Below are positions 50,445 to 59,375 of a DNA stretch of 64,000 nt, piece by piece; positions within the stretch are counted from its first letter, which is position 1; every line of letters begins with the position of its first letter. The stretch covers positions 2,048,001 through 2,112,000 of the forward strand of contig OZ240219.1 in the NCBI GenBank assembly GCA_965197645.1, read 5' to 3'. The notes under the pieces are model-generated. The model saw only the letters and a list, made by a program, of their open reading frames with translations, did no database searches and was not told where the DNA came from. The position numbers were made by a program, and so were the translations under genes. The DNA comes from Dehalococcoidia bacterium. Its GTDB lineage: Bacteria; Chloroflexota; Dehalococcoidia; Plut-88900.

Positions 50445-51056
50445 ATGAACACGAAGCCGACAATGCGATGGGCGCTCTTGCTGGCCCTGCTGGTGGTTGT
50501 CCTGATCGTGGCCGGATGCAGGATACGGATCCACGATACGGAGCAGACCGACGATACAGACCAGGTCCACGATACAGAACAAAGGCTGGGGCTGATCGAT
50601 ACTCCCAACCCTGATGGTCTTCAACTGGGCCCGTTGATCGGGCGGCTCGCCCCTAACTTCCGGCTCGAAAACATGGACGGCGAACACGTGGTGCTCAGCG
50701 ATCTACGAGGCACCCCCGTTTTCCTCAACTTCTGGGCCGTTTGGTGCGGGCCCTGTCGCTACGAGATGCCCGAGATGGAGAAGGTCTACCGGCAGTTGGG
50801 CGATAAGGTAGCCTTCTTGGCAGTGGACCTGGATGAGCCGAAGGAACGAGTTGAGGTGTACATCGATCTGCTGGAAATCACGTTCCCGATAGTTCTGGAC
50901 GATGGCGCCGTGGTCACCCGGGCCTACGGGGTTGTTGGGTTTCCATCGACCTACCTGATAGACGAAGTTGGGGTCCTCCGCAACATAAAGGTGGGCGCCT
51001 TCCTCAGCGAGGCTGAGATACTGGACAGGTTGGAGGGCCTCGGGTTTCTGGACTGA
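50445..51056 (+). CDS. TlpA/ResA-type thiol-disulfide oxidoreductase lipoprotein
   Basis: VAGC lipobox; NFWAVWCGPC..EMP; GFPSTY. Confidence 0.93.
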   Translation: MNTKPTMRWALLLALLVVVLIVAGCRIRIHDTEQTDDTDQVHDTEQRLGLIDTPNPDGLQLGPLIGRLAPNFRLENMDGEHVVLSDLRGTPVFLNFWAVWCGPCRYEMPEMEKVYRQLGDKVAFLAVDLDEPKERVEVYIDLLEITFPIVLDDGAVVTRAYGVVGFPSTYLIDEVGVLRNIKVGAFLSEAEILDRLEGLGFLD

Positions 51057-51087
51057 GAAATGCAACAGACCGGCATCCCGTTATCCC

Positions 51088-51236
51088 TTGACTTGGCCGC
51101 TTGGTGTGAATAAAGTAACAATCCAAGAACCCGGCGGTATGAACTCACTCAGACGATTATCAGCACTATCAGAGCGCAGGAGACGAGGCGAAATTTTGGG
51201 GGTGCTCCCTGCCTGTTGGGGCATCCTTCTTTTTTG
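51088..51236 (+). promoter_or_regulatory. Promoter plus terminator-like hairpin upstream of the glycosyltransferase (sRNA or attenuator candidate)
   Basis: TTGACT-N17-TAAAGT at 51088-51116; hairpin 51198-51228 followed by a T-run. Confidence 0.45.
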
Positions 51237-51272
51237 CACTTTGACTTGTCCGTTATCTAAATTGGAGGGCCT

Positions 51273-52529
51273 GTGACCACACTGCCGATACGGGAGACCG
51301 GCGAGAAGCGCCTGGAAGACTATCGGCCCCTGGTAGGCGATAGGGTAATCGAAGAGATTCTCGCTTTGGCCGAGCCCCTACGCGGGAAACGGGTACTGCA
51401 CGTCAACTCCTCGGGATTTGGCGGCGGAGTAGCCGACCTGCTTGAGGCGCTCGTCCCCCTGATGAACGACGTCGGGCTGCAGGCGGAATGGCGCACCATT
51501 CGCGGCGATAGCTCCTTCTTCGACGTCACCAAGGCCATGCACAACTCTCTGCAGGGCAAACCGATGCGCTGGACCGCCGCCATGTGGGATACCTGGCTCA
51601 AGTTCAATCAGCAGAACGCAGCCGAGCTGGACCCGGATTACGACGTCATCATCATCCACGATCCCCAGCCCGCAGCCCTGCTTCATTATCTTCGCCAGCG
51701 CAACGGTACAAACCCGGCTTGCTGGCTCTGGCGATGTCATATCGACCTTACCGACATGCCCCGCTCCCTCTGGCGCAGGCTGCTGCCTTACCTCCGGTCC
51801 TACGACGGCACCGAGTTCAGTATGCAAGAGTTCGTGGGGCCGAGTCTGGCCGGGCCCCGTATCTTCATCTCCACCCCGGCCATCGATCCTCTGAACCCCA
51901 AAAACGTCCCGCTCAACAAGAGGGCAGCCGCCAGGGCGTTGAAGCCCTTCGGCATAGATCCCCAGCGCCCTTTAATGGCCCAGGTCTCACGCTTTGATCC
52001 CTGGAAAGACCCCCTGGGCGTCATCGACGTCTATCGCCTAGTGAAGACAGAGGTCCCCGATCTTCAGTTGGTAATGATAGGGCCCATGGCTGCCGACGAC
52101 CCAGAAGGGCTGCTGTTTTTCGAGCTGGCGGCTCGGCGGGCCGGCGAGGACCCGGATATTCACCTGCTGACCAATTTGAACGGCGCCGGAGATATGGCAG
52201 TGAACGCGGTGCAGACTCGGGCCGACATCTTACTGCAGAAGTCGGTACGCGAGGGCTTCGGGCTCAGCGTGTCGGGTTCGCTCTGGCATTCCAAACCGGT
52301 GATCGCCAGCAGGGCCGGCGGCATAGTCATGCAGGTGCTGGACGGAGAGACCGGGTTCCACGCCGAGTCCACCGGTGAGTTCGCCGACAAAGCACTGACC
52401 CTCCTCAGCGACCGGGACCTTTCGAGGAAGATGGGCAGGAAGGCCAGGGCCCACGTCCGCAGCAACTTCCTGGTAACCAGGTCCCTTCGAGACAATCTTC
52501 AGACCTACGGCGCCCTGCTGGGTAACTGA
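51273..52529 (+). CDS. treT: GT4 glycosyltransferase, trehalose synthase TreT-like
   Basis: HVNS..FGGGVA, TK..HN.LQG, HDPQP, WRCHID, QVSRFDPWKD, QKS.REGFGL. Confidence 0.85.
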   Translation: MTTLPIRETGEKRLEDYRPLVGDRVIEEILALAEPLRGKRVLHVNSSGFGGGVADLLEALVPLMNDVGLQAEWRTIRGDSSFFDVTKAMHNSLQGKPMRWTAAMWDTWLKFNQQNAAELDPDYDVIIIHDPQPAALLHYLRQRNGTNPACWLWRCHIDLTDMPRSLWRRLLPYLRSYDGTEFSMQEFVGPSLAGPRIFISTPAIDPLNPKNVPLNKRAAARALKPFGIDPQRPLMAQVSRFDPWKDPLGVIDVYRLVKTEVPDLQLVMIGPMAADDPEGLLFFELAARRAGEDPDIHLLTNLNGAGDMAVNAVQTRADILLQKSVREGFGLSVSGSLWHSKPVIASRAGGIVMQVLDGETGFHAESTGEFADKALTLLSDRDLSRKMGRKARAHVRSNFLVTRSLRDNLQTYGALLGN

Positions 52530-52589
52530 AGCCCCGTCTATCCTTGACCGCAGCGTTGGTGCTATCTAGTATGTACCAGCAGCCCTTGA

Positions 52590-52664
52590 GCGGGAGTAGC
52601 TCAGTGGTAGAGCCCCTGCCTTCCAAGCAGGTTGTCGCCGGTTCGAATCCGGTCTCCCGCTCCA
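52590..52664 (+). tRNA. tRNA-Gly (TCC)
   Basis: Full cloverleaf: GCGGGAG/CTCCCGC acceptor, anticodon loop CTTCCAA, TTCGAAT, CCA. Promoter TTGACC-N17-TAGTAT at 52544. Confidence 0.97.
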
Positions 52665-52737
52665 TGTACGCCGATGTATTACTACGAAGTGCCCTCATAT
52701 ATCCTCTGTGCATCACTATGTGTGTGTCGTAGGGCAA

Positions 52738-53127
52738 ATGAATCAGGAAGTGATTACAGCGGTGATTTCAGGTGTGATTTCGGGAGTTGTTAGCGGGTTG
52801 ATTGTCGCTGCAATCCTAGGGCTTCGTAGCGGGCTATTTCGGCAGTTGTTCTGGAACATAGTCGCCCGATGGAATCGCCGGAGACAGCAGAGAGAAATGG
52901 AACGCAACGAGAGGGAAGAATACCGAAATGAGCCCGTAAAGCTCTCAACAGAAGAATTGATACACCGGGGTTGCAAGGCGAAGAGTGACGTGATTATCGA
53001 GAAGCCAAATGTATCGCATCTTCCGATGGCAAATACTCCATGCCCACGTTGTGGTTGCCGTCTACGGGGCCCTAGGCGCGGCTCCAAGCGGAAGTCTACC
53101 GAAGTGTTTATAGCCAGGAGCAACTAA
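52738..53127 (+). CDS. Hypothetical protein, N-terminal TM and Cys motifs (HRGC, CPRC)
   Basis: ORF with lower GC directly after the tRNA. Confidence 0.5.
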   Translation: MNQEVITAVISGVISGVVSGLIVAAILGLRSGLFRQLFWNIVARWNRRRQQREMERNEREEYRNEPVKLSTEELIHRGCKAKSDVIIEKPNVSHLPMANTPCPRCGCRLRGPRRGSKRKSTEVFIARSN

Positions 53128-53369
53128 TCTAAGTCCTCTAACTCTCCGCACACACTTCCTATCCCGGGGGTGTTTTCTTTTGTGAGACATCCCGCACGGT
53201 CTGGGAAATGTCCGATAACTTTCCCACCGGCGAATGCCAGGTCACGGACACAGCCGGCACACAGCTTGACGTAGTGTCCGACTCGTCGCTGCCTAGTTCA
53301 ATTTCGCCTTGACGCCTCCGTTCGTTTCGCCTTATCATCGGATCTACCTGAATGAGTGGAGGTGTCGCT

Positions 53370-53777
53370 ATGTCCATAGTCTTGGATCACCTGATCATGG
53401 AGTCCAAGGACATCGACGAGTCAGTCAAGTGGTACGAGGACGTTTTCGGGTTCGAACACGAAATCGTTTCACATGAGTTTGTGCAGAAGATGGCCGTTGT
53501 CAAGGTGACTGATGAGTTCGTGATCCTGATGACGCCCGCTGAAGAGCCCCAGGTCCAGCACTACGCCTTCGCCATGGACTCCGACGAGTTCAAGGCCCAG
53601 TTCCAGAAGGTAAAGGATATGGGACTGCCCTACGGGGATGGATCGGGCGGCTATGAAAGCAGCGAGGCGCTCCTGAACGGGCAAGCGCCCGGCCGGGAGC
53701 CCGGCGCCAGGGGTGAAGGGGACGCAGTGTACCTCGTCGATCCCACCGGCCACCAGATCGAGTTCATGGCCTACTAG
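53370..53777 (+). CDS. VOC (glyoxalase) family protein
   Basis: LDH..., HYAF, YLVDPTGHQIEF. Confidence 0.92.
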   Translation: MSIVLDHLIMESKDIDESVKWYEDVFGFEHEIVSHEFVQKMAVVKVTDEFVILMTPAEEPQVQHYAFAMDSDEFKAQFQKVKDMGLPYGDGSGGYESSEALLNGQAPGREPGARGEGDAVYLVDPTGHQIEFMAY

Positions 53778-53794
53778 GGCACGGGGAATCCCCG

Positions 53795-53932
53795 CCACCC
53801 AGGTGATTCTTCCCACCCACCCACCCTGGCATGTTTGTTGTTTGGGAGCACATCCCCCAAGCCCCCTGCCAGAGGCAGGGCGAGGCCCTGCACCCATAAC
53901 ATGAGAGAAGAGGGGGCGAAACACCTTGGTGG
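53795..53932 (-). repeat. Structured repeat element with 15-bp imperfect terminal inverted repeats
   Basis: CCACCCAGGTGATTC / GAAACACCTTGGTGG (13/15); core shared with the 20-kb and 43.9-kb copies. Confidence 0.75.
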
Positions 53933-53947
53933 GTCTAGGGACAGAGG

Positions 53948-54979
53948 TTACGCCTTCTGATATATCTGGAACCGGCCCCGGTTGCTCTCGGTAACGTAGA
54001 GCCGTCCCGCCCTGTCCACCTTGACCGATACCGGCCCCCAGAAATAGGACTCGGTGTGTGCCGAGACGTGGTAGGGAGTGCTCAGGTGAGGCTGTATCTG
54101 GGGGACCATGTTGGACCTGTCCCGCTCTCGTCTCTCGTCGGGATTGGAGGCGAAGAAGTCCTCGGCCCACTTGGAGAGGGTGGCCTGACCCCGTAGCTTC
54201 TGCAGGTAGCCGCCGTCCGGTCCCAGGGCCTGGACCCGTTCGTTACCCCAGTCTGCTACGTAGATGTGGCCCTCCGGGTCCACCGCCACACTGGAGGGTC
54301 GGTGGAACTGGCCGTCTCCATCTCCCGATTCTCCGAACTTGGCGAGGAACTCCCCATCGGATGAGAACTTCTGAATGCGGTCGTTGCGCCAGTCCGCCAC
54401 GTAAACATCGCCCTGCGAGTCCAGCGACACGCCCCAGGGGAGATTGAACTGGCCATCGCCGCTGCCGGCCTCTCCCCATTGCGAGAGATACTGGCCGTCG
54501 GTTGTGAACTTCTGGACCCGGTTGTTGCCTTGATCTACCAGGTAGACGTTGTCATCGGCGTCTATCGCTATGCCGGCAGGACCGTTTATCTCCCCATCTC
54601 CGTCGCCGCCCGCCCCCCATTTGCCCAGGAAGCTTCCGGACGAGTCGAAGACGGTGATGCGATTGTTCTGCTCGTCGGTGATGTACAACCGGTCCTTGCT
54701 GTCGAAGGCCATGGCCACCGGCCACAGAAACTGGCCGTCATCGGCGCCATAGCCGCCCCCGAACTCACCTAGATACTCCTCGTCGAAGTTGCAGATGCCC
54801 ACCCGAATGGCTTCGTAGAGGAAGGGCTCGGCCCTGTTCAGTACAAAGATGCGATTGTCCTTGCTGAACGCGAGGTCATAGGGGCTGGCGAATCCCCGTC
54901 CATCGGGGCTTTCGTTCACTATCCCGATGGTCTTGACGTATTCCAGGTTGAACGCCTTGGTAGGCGCCTGCGTGCTCAC
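53948..54979 (-). CDS. NHL-repeat beta-propeller protein
   Basis: Repeats of GxGDGQFxxPxGxxxDxxGxVYVADxxNxRxQKF. Confidence 0.93.
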   Translation of the reverse strand: MSTQAPTKAFNLEYVKTIGIVNESPDGRGFASPYDLAFSKDNRIFVLNRAEPFLYEAIRVGICNFDEEYLGEFGGGYGADDGQFLWPVAMAFDSKDRLYITDEQNNRITVFDSSGSFLGKWGAGGDGDGEINGPAGIAIDADDNVYLVDQGNNRVQKFTTDGQYLSQWGEAGSGDGQFNLPWGVSLDSQGDVYVADWRNDRIQKFSSDGEFLAKFGESGDGDGQFHRPSSVAVDPEGHIYVADWGNERVQALGPDGGYLQKLRGQATLSKWAEDFFASNPDERRERDRSNMVPQIQPHLSTPYHVSAHTESYFWGPVSVKVDRAGRLYVTESNRGRFQIYQKA

Positions 54980-55039
54980 CGTTACACCTCCGTAGCTAGC
55001 AGGTCGTGGGGAAATCCGCGGGGCTGTGCTTTGCAGCGA

Positions 55040-56455
55040 TCAAGCCAGCTGGTACTCTCTGGTCGAGGCCACCATGCCTAGCATGGAGCCTACGCGCTGT
55101 TCAGCCTCGTCATCGGGTTGGTGTCCCCGGAGATCGAGGGCGCCCTGCTCGGCCGCGAATGCGACCAGAGAGGCCCGGGTCTCGTCGGAGACGACGACAG
55201 GCCCCAGCAGGTCCAGGCAGCGGTCCACCAGCTGTTCAGGAGAAAGAACGCCTCCGTTTTCGGTGGCAAGCCTCTCGATCATCGCTCGGACTCCGGGGTT
55301 CTGTACGTTGCTCAGCTCTCTGGCGCCGAAATTGACCCGTTCCACCAGCGCGCCGCTATCGATCCACTCGACGCCTTCGTGCCACCCCTCGACGCTGGGG
55401 GGCAACAGCAGGCCCTGTCCCATGTATAGGATCTGGTCGGCCAGATCATTAGCACCGAAAGTGGGGGTCTGATAGCTTCCCGCCATGCGCACCGTGCCGA
55501 TGACCAGCTCGATAGGCCCCTTCACCCGGGCGAACCGTGCCTTCTCCGACTTGAAGTAGTCCGAGTTGAACAGGGTCTGTAGTATCGACCGTATCTCGTA
55601 GCCGGAGTCGAAATAGGTCTTCATCATCGCCTGGATGACCTGCTCCCCTTCATCGTCCACCTCGTCGGCGACGAAGAACTGGAACAGCCTCCTGCTCACG
55701 AAGCGTGCCGTCGCTTCCTGTTCAACGATGATATCGATCACATCCTCACCGTTGAACCGACCAGTCTTGCCCAGGAAGGTCTTCTCGCTGTCGTCGTGAT
55801 CGTAATCTCGATACTGGTAGTGCCAGTCTATGCGGGCATAGGGCCATACCGAGTCCTGGAGGGCTCGGTACCCCAGGTACTCAGCGTTCTCCAATGTCCA
55901 GCCCGTAAAAGCCCGGGCGCATTCCTTGACGTCCTGCTCCGTGTAGCTGCCGATGCCCATGGCGAACAGCTCCAACAGCTCCCGGCCATAGTTCTCGTTT
56001 ACGGCGCCCTTGTGGTTATCGTTGTTGTCGAGCCAGAAGAGCATGGCCGGGTCCCTGGAGAGCTCGAGCAGCAGGGTCTTGAAGCTGCCCAGTCCACACC
56101 TTCGGAACATCTCTATCTGGTTGAGGAGCGCCTTCCCGTGGTTTAGCTTGCTGAGGCTCACGGCGAAGAGGCCGTGCCAGAAAAGGGAGATCTTTTCCTC
56201 CAGCCCGCACCGGGAAGTGATCATCCGGTACATCCAGTAAGTGGCCGAGGCCGGAGGGTGGCGCAGCTCCGACATGTCCACGTGGTACCGGCGAATCAGA
56301 TCGTCGGGCATGTTTTGAGGGTTGCTTGGGTTGGTCAGCTCCTCCACCACCGTCTCGTAGCCCTTGGCCACGTACTCTTCGAGGTCCTGCCGGGTCGCAC
56401 CGAACCCCGCTCGGCGCAGCAGGTGCGCCATCAACGCAAGATCTTCGTTGCTCAT
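55040..56455 (-). CDS. DUF1800 family protein
   Basis: AHLLRRAGFG, LFWH, PAMLFWLDN, NENYGRELLELF, ARAFTGW, PPSVEGW. Confidence 0.93.
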   Translation of the reverse strand: MSNEDLALMAHLLRRAGFGATRQDLEEYVAKGYETVVEELTNPSNPQNMPDDLIRRYHVDMSELRHPPASATYWMYRMITSRCGLEEKISLFWHGLFAVSLSKLNHGKALLNQIEMFRRCGLGSFKTLLLELSRDPAMLFWLDNNDNHKGAVNENYGRELLELFAMGIGSYTEQDVKECARAFTGWTLENAEYLGYRALQDSVWPYARIDWHYQYRDYDHDDSEKTFLGKTGRFNGEDVIDIIVEQEATARFVSRRLFQFFVADEVDDEGEQVIQAMMKTYFDSGYEIRSILQTLFNSDYFKSEKARFARVKGPIELVIGTVRMAGSYQTPTFGANDLADQILYMGQGLLLPPSVEGWHEGVEWIDSGALVERVNFGARELSNVQNPGVRAMIERLATENGGVLSPEQLVDRCLDLLGPVVVSDETRASLVAFAAEQGALDLRGHQPDDEAEQRVGSMLGMVASTREYQLA

Positions 56456-56511
56456 CTCTTGTCCTCCCAAACTAGCGTGGTCCGTTGTACCGACAAAGGG
56501 GACTGCGACGA

Positions 56512-57645
56512 TCAGTTCTTGATAAGGTCGAATTGCTCGAAGTGGCCGTTGACTATGGGCGCCGCCTCCAGGTCCAGCACGCGCTCCAGCATGGTCGAGT
56601 AGGTGGAGCGGAAATCGTTGTTGAAGTGGAGATCGCCGTCCAGCTGGTCCTCCTCTTTGATAGACGGGTACTCGCCGTACATCCCCTTCTTCACGGGTTC
56701 GCCGATAACGAAGGCTATGCCTCCGGAACCGTGGTCGGTGCCCGATCCATTGTCCTTTATGCGGCGGCCAAACTCGGAGAACAGGAGTATGACTACGTCA
56801 TCCTGCTTGTCGTGCTCCTTGAGGTCGTCCATAAAGTCGCTGACGGCGCCGGAGACCTGCTGCCACAGGTTGGCGTGGCTGGCCATCTCACCGGCGTGGG
56901 TGTCGAAGCTACCGTGCTCCGTGTAGTAGATCCGAGTTCCCAGGTCGGCGAACAGTACCTGGGCTGCGCTCTTCAACGCCTGCGCAATGGGATTGGCGCC
57001 GTATTCCACGGTGGAAGAGTACAGCCCGGGCGCGGTCCTCAGGATGTCTGCTCCCTTGAGTGCATCCCTACCTGTCTGCCCGAGGTAGTCGCTGACCGGT
57101 TCCTTTCCCTCTGCGCCGCCATACATCTTGGAGAAGGCGTCCAGGGCGTACTTCTTCAGCTGCTGGTCCTGGAAGTCGGGGAATAGACCGTAGGTCTCCA
57201 GGTTGCCCACAGACGCAACAGGGACGCCTCGGCATCCAAGGGCCCTTGGCAGACCTCGGCCGAAGTTGACCCCGGTAAGCACGTTTTCGCCCTTGGGGTC
57301 CAGGTCTCTGATCGCCCGGCCCAGCCAGCCCTCGGTGGCTATCTTGTCCGGCTCGGCGGTGTGCCAGATGTCCATGGAGCGAAAGTGGGACCGATTGGGC
57401 TTGGGGTACCCGATGCCGTTGATGATGGCCACCTTGCCATCTTCCCAGAGGTCTTTGATCGGCGCCATGTTGGGGTTGAAGGCGTACTGGTCGTCTATGG
57501 GCAGCACCTCTTCGGGTTCGAGCCTCACCGTGGACCGCAGATCGTAGTACAGCCCCTCGTTGTACGGCACCAGGGTATGAAGGCAATCATTGCCTCCCGA
57601 AAGCTGTATCACCACCAACTCCTTGTTTCGTTTGCTTGAAACCAT
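56512..57645 (-). CDS. DUF1501 family protein
   Basis: QLSGGND, NRSHF, FDTH, SEFGRR, GTDHG, DFR. Confidence 0.93.
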   Translation of the reverse strand: MVSSKRNKELVVIQLSGGNDCLHTLVPYNEGLYYDLRSTVRLEPEEVLPIDDQYAFNPNMAPIKDLWEDGKVAIINGIGYPKPNRSHFRSMDIWHTAEPDKIATEGWLGRAIRDLDPKGENVLTGVNFGRGLPRALGCRGVPVASVGNLETYGLFPDFQDQQLKKYALDAFSKMYGGAEGKEPVSDYLGQTGRDALKGADILRTAPGLYSSTVEYGANPIAQALKSAAQVLFADLGTRIYYTEHGSFDTHAGEMASHANLWQQVSGAVSDFMDDLKEHDKQDDVVILLFSEFGRRIKDNGSGTDHGSGGIAFVIGEPVKKGMYGEYPSIKEEDQLDGDLHFNNDFRSTYSTMLERVLDLEAAPIVNGHFEQFDLIKN

Positions 57646-57765
57646 GTGATTTCTCCTCCCCGGGTGCTGGGCGGACGCCCTTTACATCAAAGCCGCACTA
57701 AGGTCACTCCATGCTTGCGCTGGGTGTCTTCTGTTTTCTAAGGCGGGACGGCTCTCACTGAACCT

Positions 57766-57794
57766 ACTTTATAAATACATCGTGGTGGTGTCAA
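57766..57794 (-). promoter_or_regulatory. Sigma70-type promoter of the DUF1501-DUF1800-NHL operon
   Basis: TTGACA-N17-TAAAGT on the minus strand. Confidence 0.6.
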
Positions 57795-57918
57795 TGCCCC
57801 TAATCACCCGACCATTACAGCTGCCGATGACCTGTAACAGGGAATCCCAGCGATTTATCGGAGCGTGGGATCGTCTACCGGCATGGGGTGCGGAGATTCT
57901 GACGAACGGGCGCTCCGA

Positions 57919-59319
57919 TTAGACCTGTGGCCTCTGATCATGCCACTCGGTTGCGTTTTCGAAAGCATGACCTATGCGGCAGAGCAACGGCTCCTGCAGC
58001 TGTTTTCCTACGAACTGGAGGCTGAGCGGAAGGCTCTCGCTGTTCAGACCACAGGGGACCGATAAGGTTGGAGCGCCATTGTAGTCGAACGGGACGGAGA
58101 AGCGGCCCCAGGCCATATCGTAGTCCACCATCGGCCCGTAGAGCTCATCCCTGCTGACCGATCTCGGAGGTCCTATCATAGATGGGCAGGCCAGTACGTC
58201 GATCCCCTCGAACACCTGCCGGAGCAGTCCGTTGCAGGCGTTTCGTAGGTTGTTGGCCTTGGCGTACTCGGCGCCGGTCACCTTTGCACCGAGGTCGAGC
58301 CAGTCACGAAATCCAGGGCCGTACTCGTCCCGCCGAAGGGGATAGGTCTTATCGTGGGCCGCGACCGCCTCCGCCGTGCACAGCACCGTCCAGGCGTTCA
58401 AGTACTCCTCCATGTCGGGCATGCCGACTTCTACGATCTCGCCGCCAAGCCCCTCGATGACGCGGACCCCTGCCAGGATGGCTTCGGCCAGTTCCGGATC
58501 GACGTCCTTGGTGACATAACTCTCATCCAAGCCCAGCTTCAGTCCCCGTATGCCTTCCTCGATGTCTCCAACCATGTTGGGTACGGGGTCGATCAGCGAC
58601 GTTGGGTCGTTCGAGTCGTGTCCCGCTATGGCCTGGAGCATGATTCCGGCATCGGCCGCAGACCGGGTCATAGGCCCCACGTGGTCGAGCGACTCGGCCA
58701 GGTCCAGCACGCCGTACCGGCTCACCCTTCCCCACGTTGGCTTGAGGCCGACGATACCGCAAGCTGCCGACGGAAACCGAATGGAACCTCCCGTATCGCT
58801 GCCCAGGGAGCCATAGCACAGCCCAGCCGCGGTCGCCACACCAGAGCCGCTGGACGATGCCCCACAGTCCCTTTCCGGATGCCACGGGTTCACGGGTATT
58901 TCGAAGTCCGGGTGATAGTTGCCCATTGCCCCTTCGGTAAGGTTCAGCTTGCCCAACAGGACTGCCCCTGCCGACTCCAACCTGGCTACGACGGTGGAGT
59001 CGTATGTTGGCACATTATCGGCTAGGACGCCGGTACCTCCCATAGTACGTACTCCCTTGGTAGCGCACAGGTCTTTGACCGCTATGGGGATGCCGTGAAG
59101 AGGACCCTTGTAGTCGCCTGAACCGATCTCCTTTTCAGCCTTCCGCGCTGATGCCACGGCATGCTCCGACATCACCGTCGCGTAGCTCTTGAGATCACCG
59201 TCCATCTCCTCTATCCGGCCAAGCAGGGCCTGGGTCAGCTCCACCGGCGACAGCCGCCGGGACCGCAGAAGCTCAGCCACCTCGGTTATCGTCTTGAAGT
59301 GCAGGGGAGTCTCAGGCAT
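57919..59319 (-). CDS. Amidase signature family enzyme
   Basis: GPLHGIPIAVKD, GASSSGSG, GSDTGGSIRFP. Confidence 0.95.
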   Translation of the reverse strand: MPETPLHFKTITEVAELLRSRRLSPVELTQALLGRIEEMDGDLKSYATVMSEHAVASARKAEKEIGSGDYKGPLHGIPIAVKDLCATKGVRTMGGTGVLADNVPTYDSTVVARLESAGAVLLGKLNLTEGAMGNYHPDFEIPVNPWHPERDCGASSSGSGVATAAGLCYGSLGSDTGGSIRFPSAACGIVGLKPTWGRVSRYGVLDLAESLDHVGPMTRSAADAGIMLQAIAGHDSNDPTSLIDPVPNMVGDIEEGIRGLKLGLDESYVTKDVDPELAEAILAGVRVIEGLGGEIVEVGMPDMEEYLNAWTVLCTAEAVAAHDKTYPLRRDEYGPGFRDWLDLGAKVTGAEYAKANNLRNACNGLLRQVFEGIDVLACPSMIGPPRSVSRDELYGPMVDYDMAWGRFSVPFDYNGAPTLSVPCGLNSESLPLSLQFVGKQLQEPLLCRIGHAFENATEWHDQRPQV

Positions 59320-59375
59320 TTGCAAGCTCCTATGAGGCGGTATGAATAGTAATGACCTCTAGTATGACACAGGGA

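Noticed and set aside
50531-50582. Short HDTEQ/DDTDQ repeats in the TlpA gene
   Set aside because: Low-complexity linker inside a normal protein.
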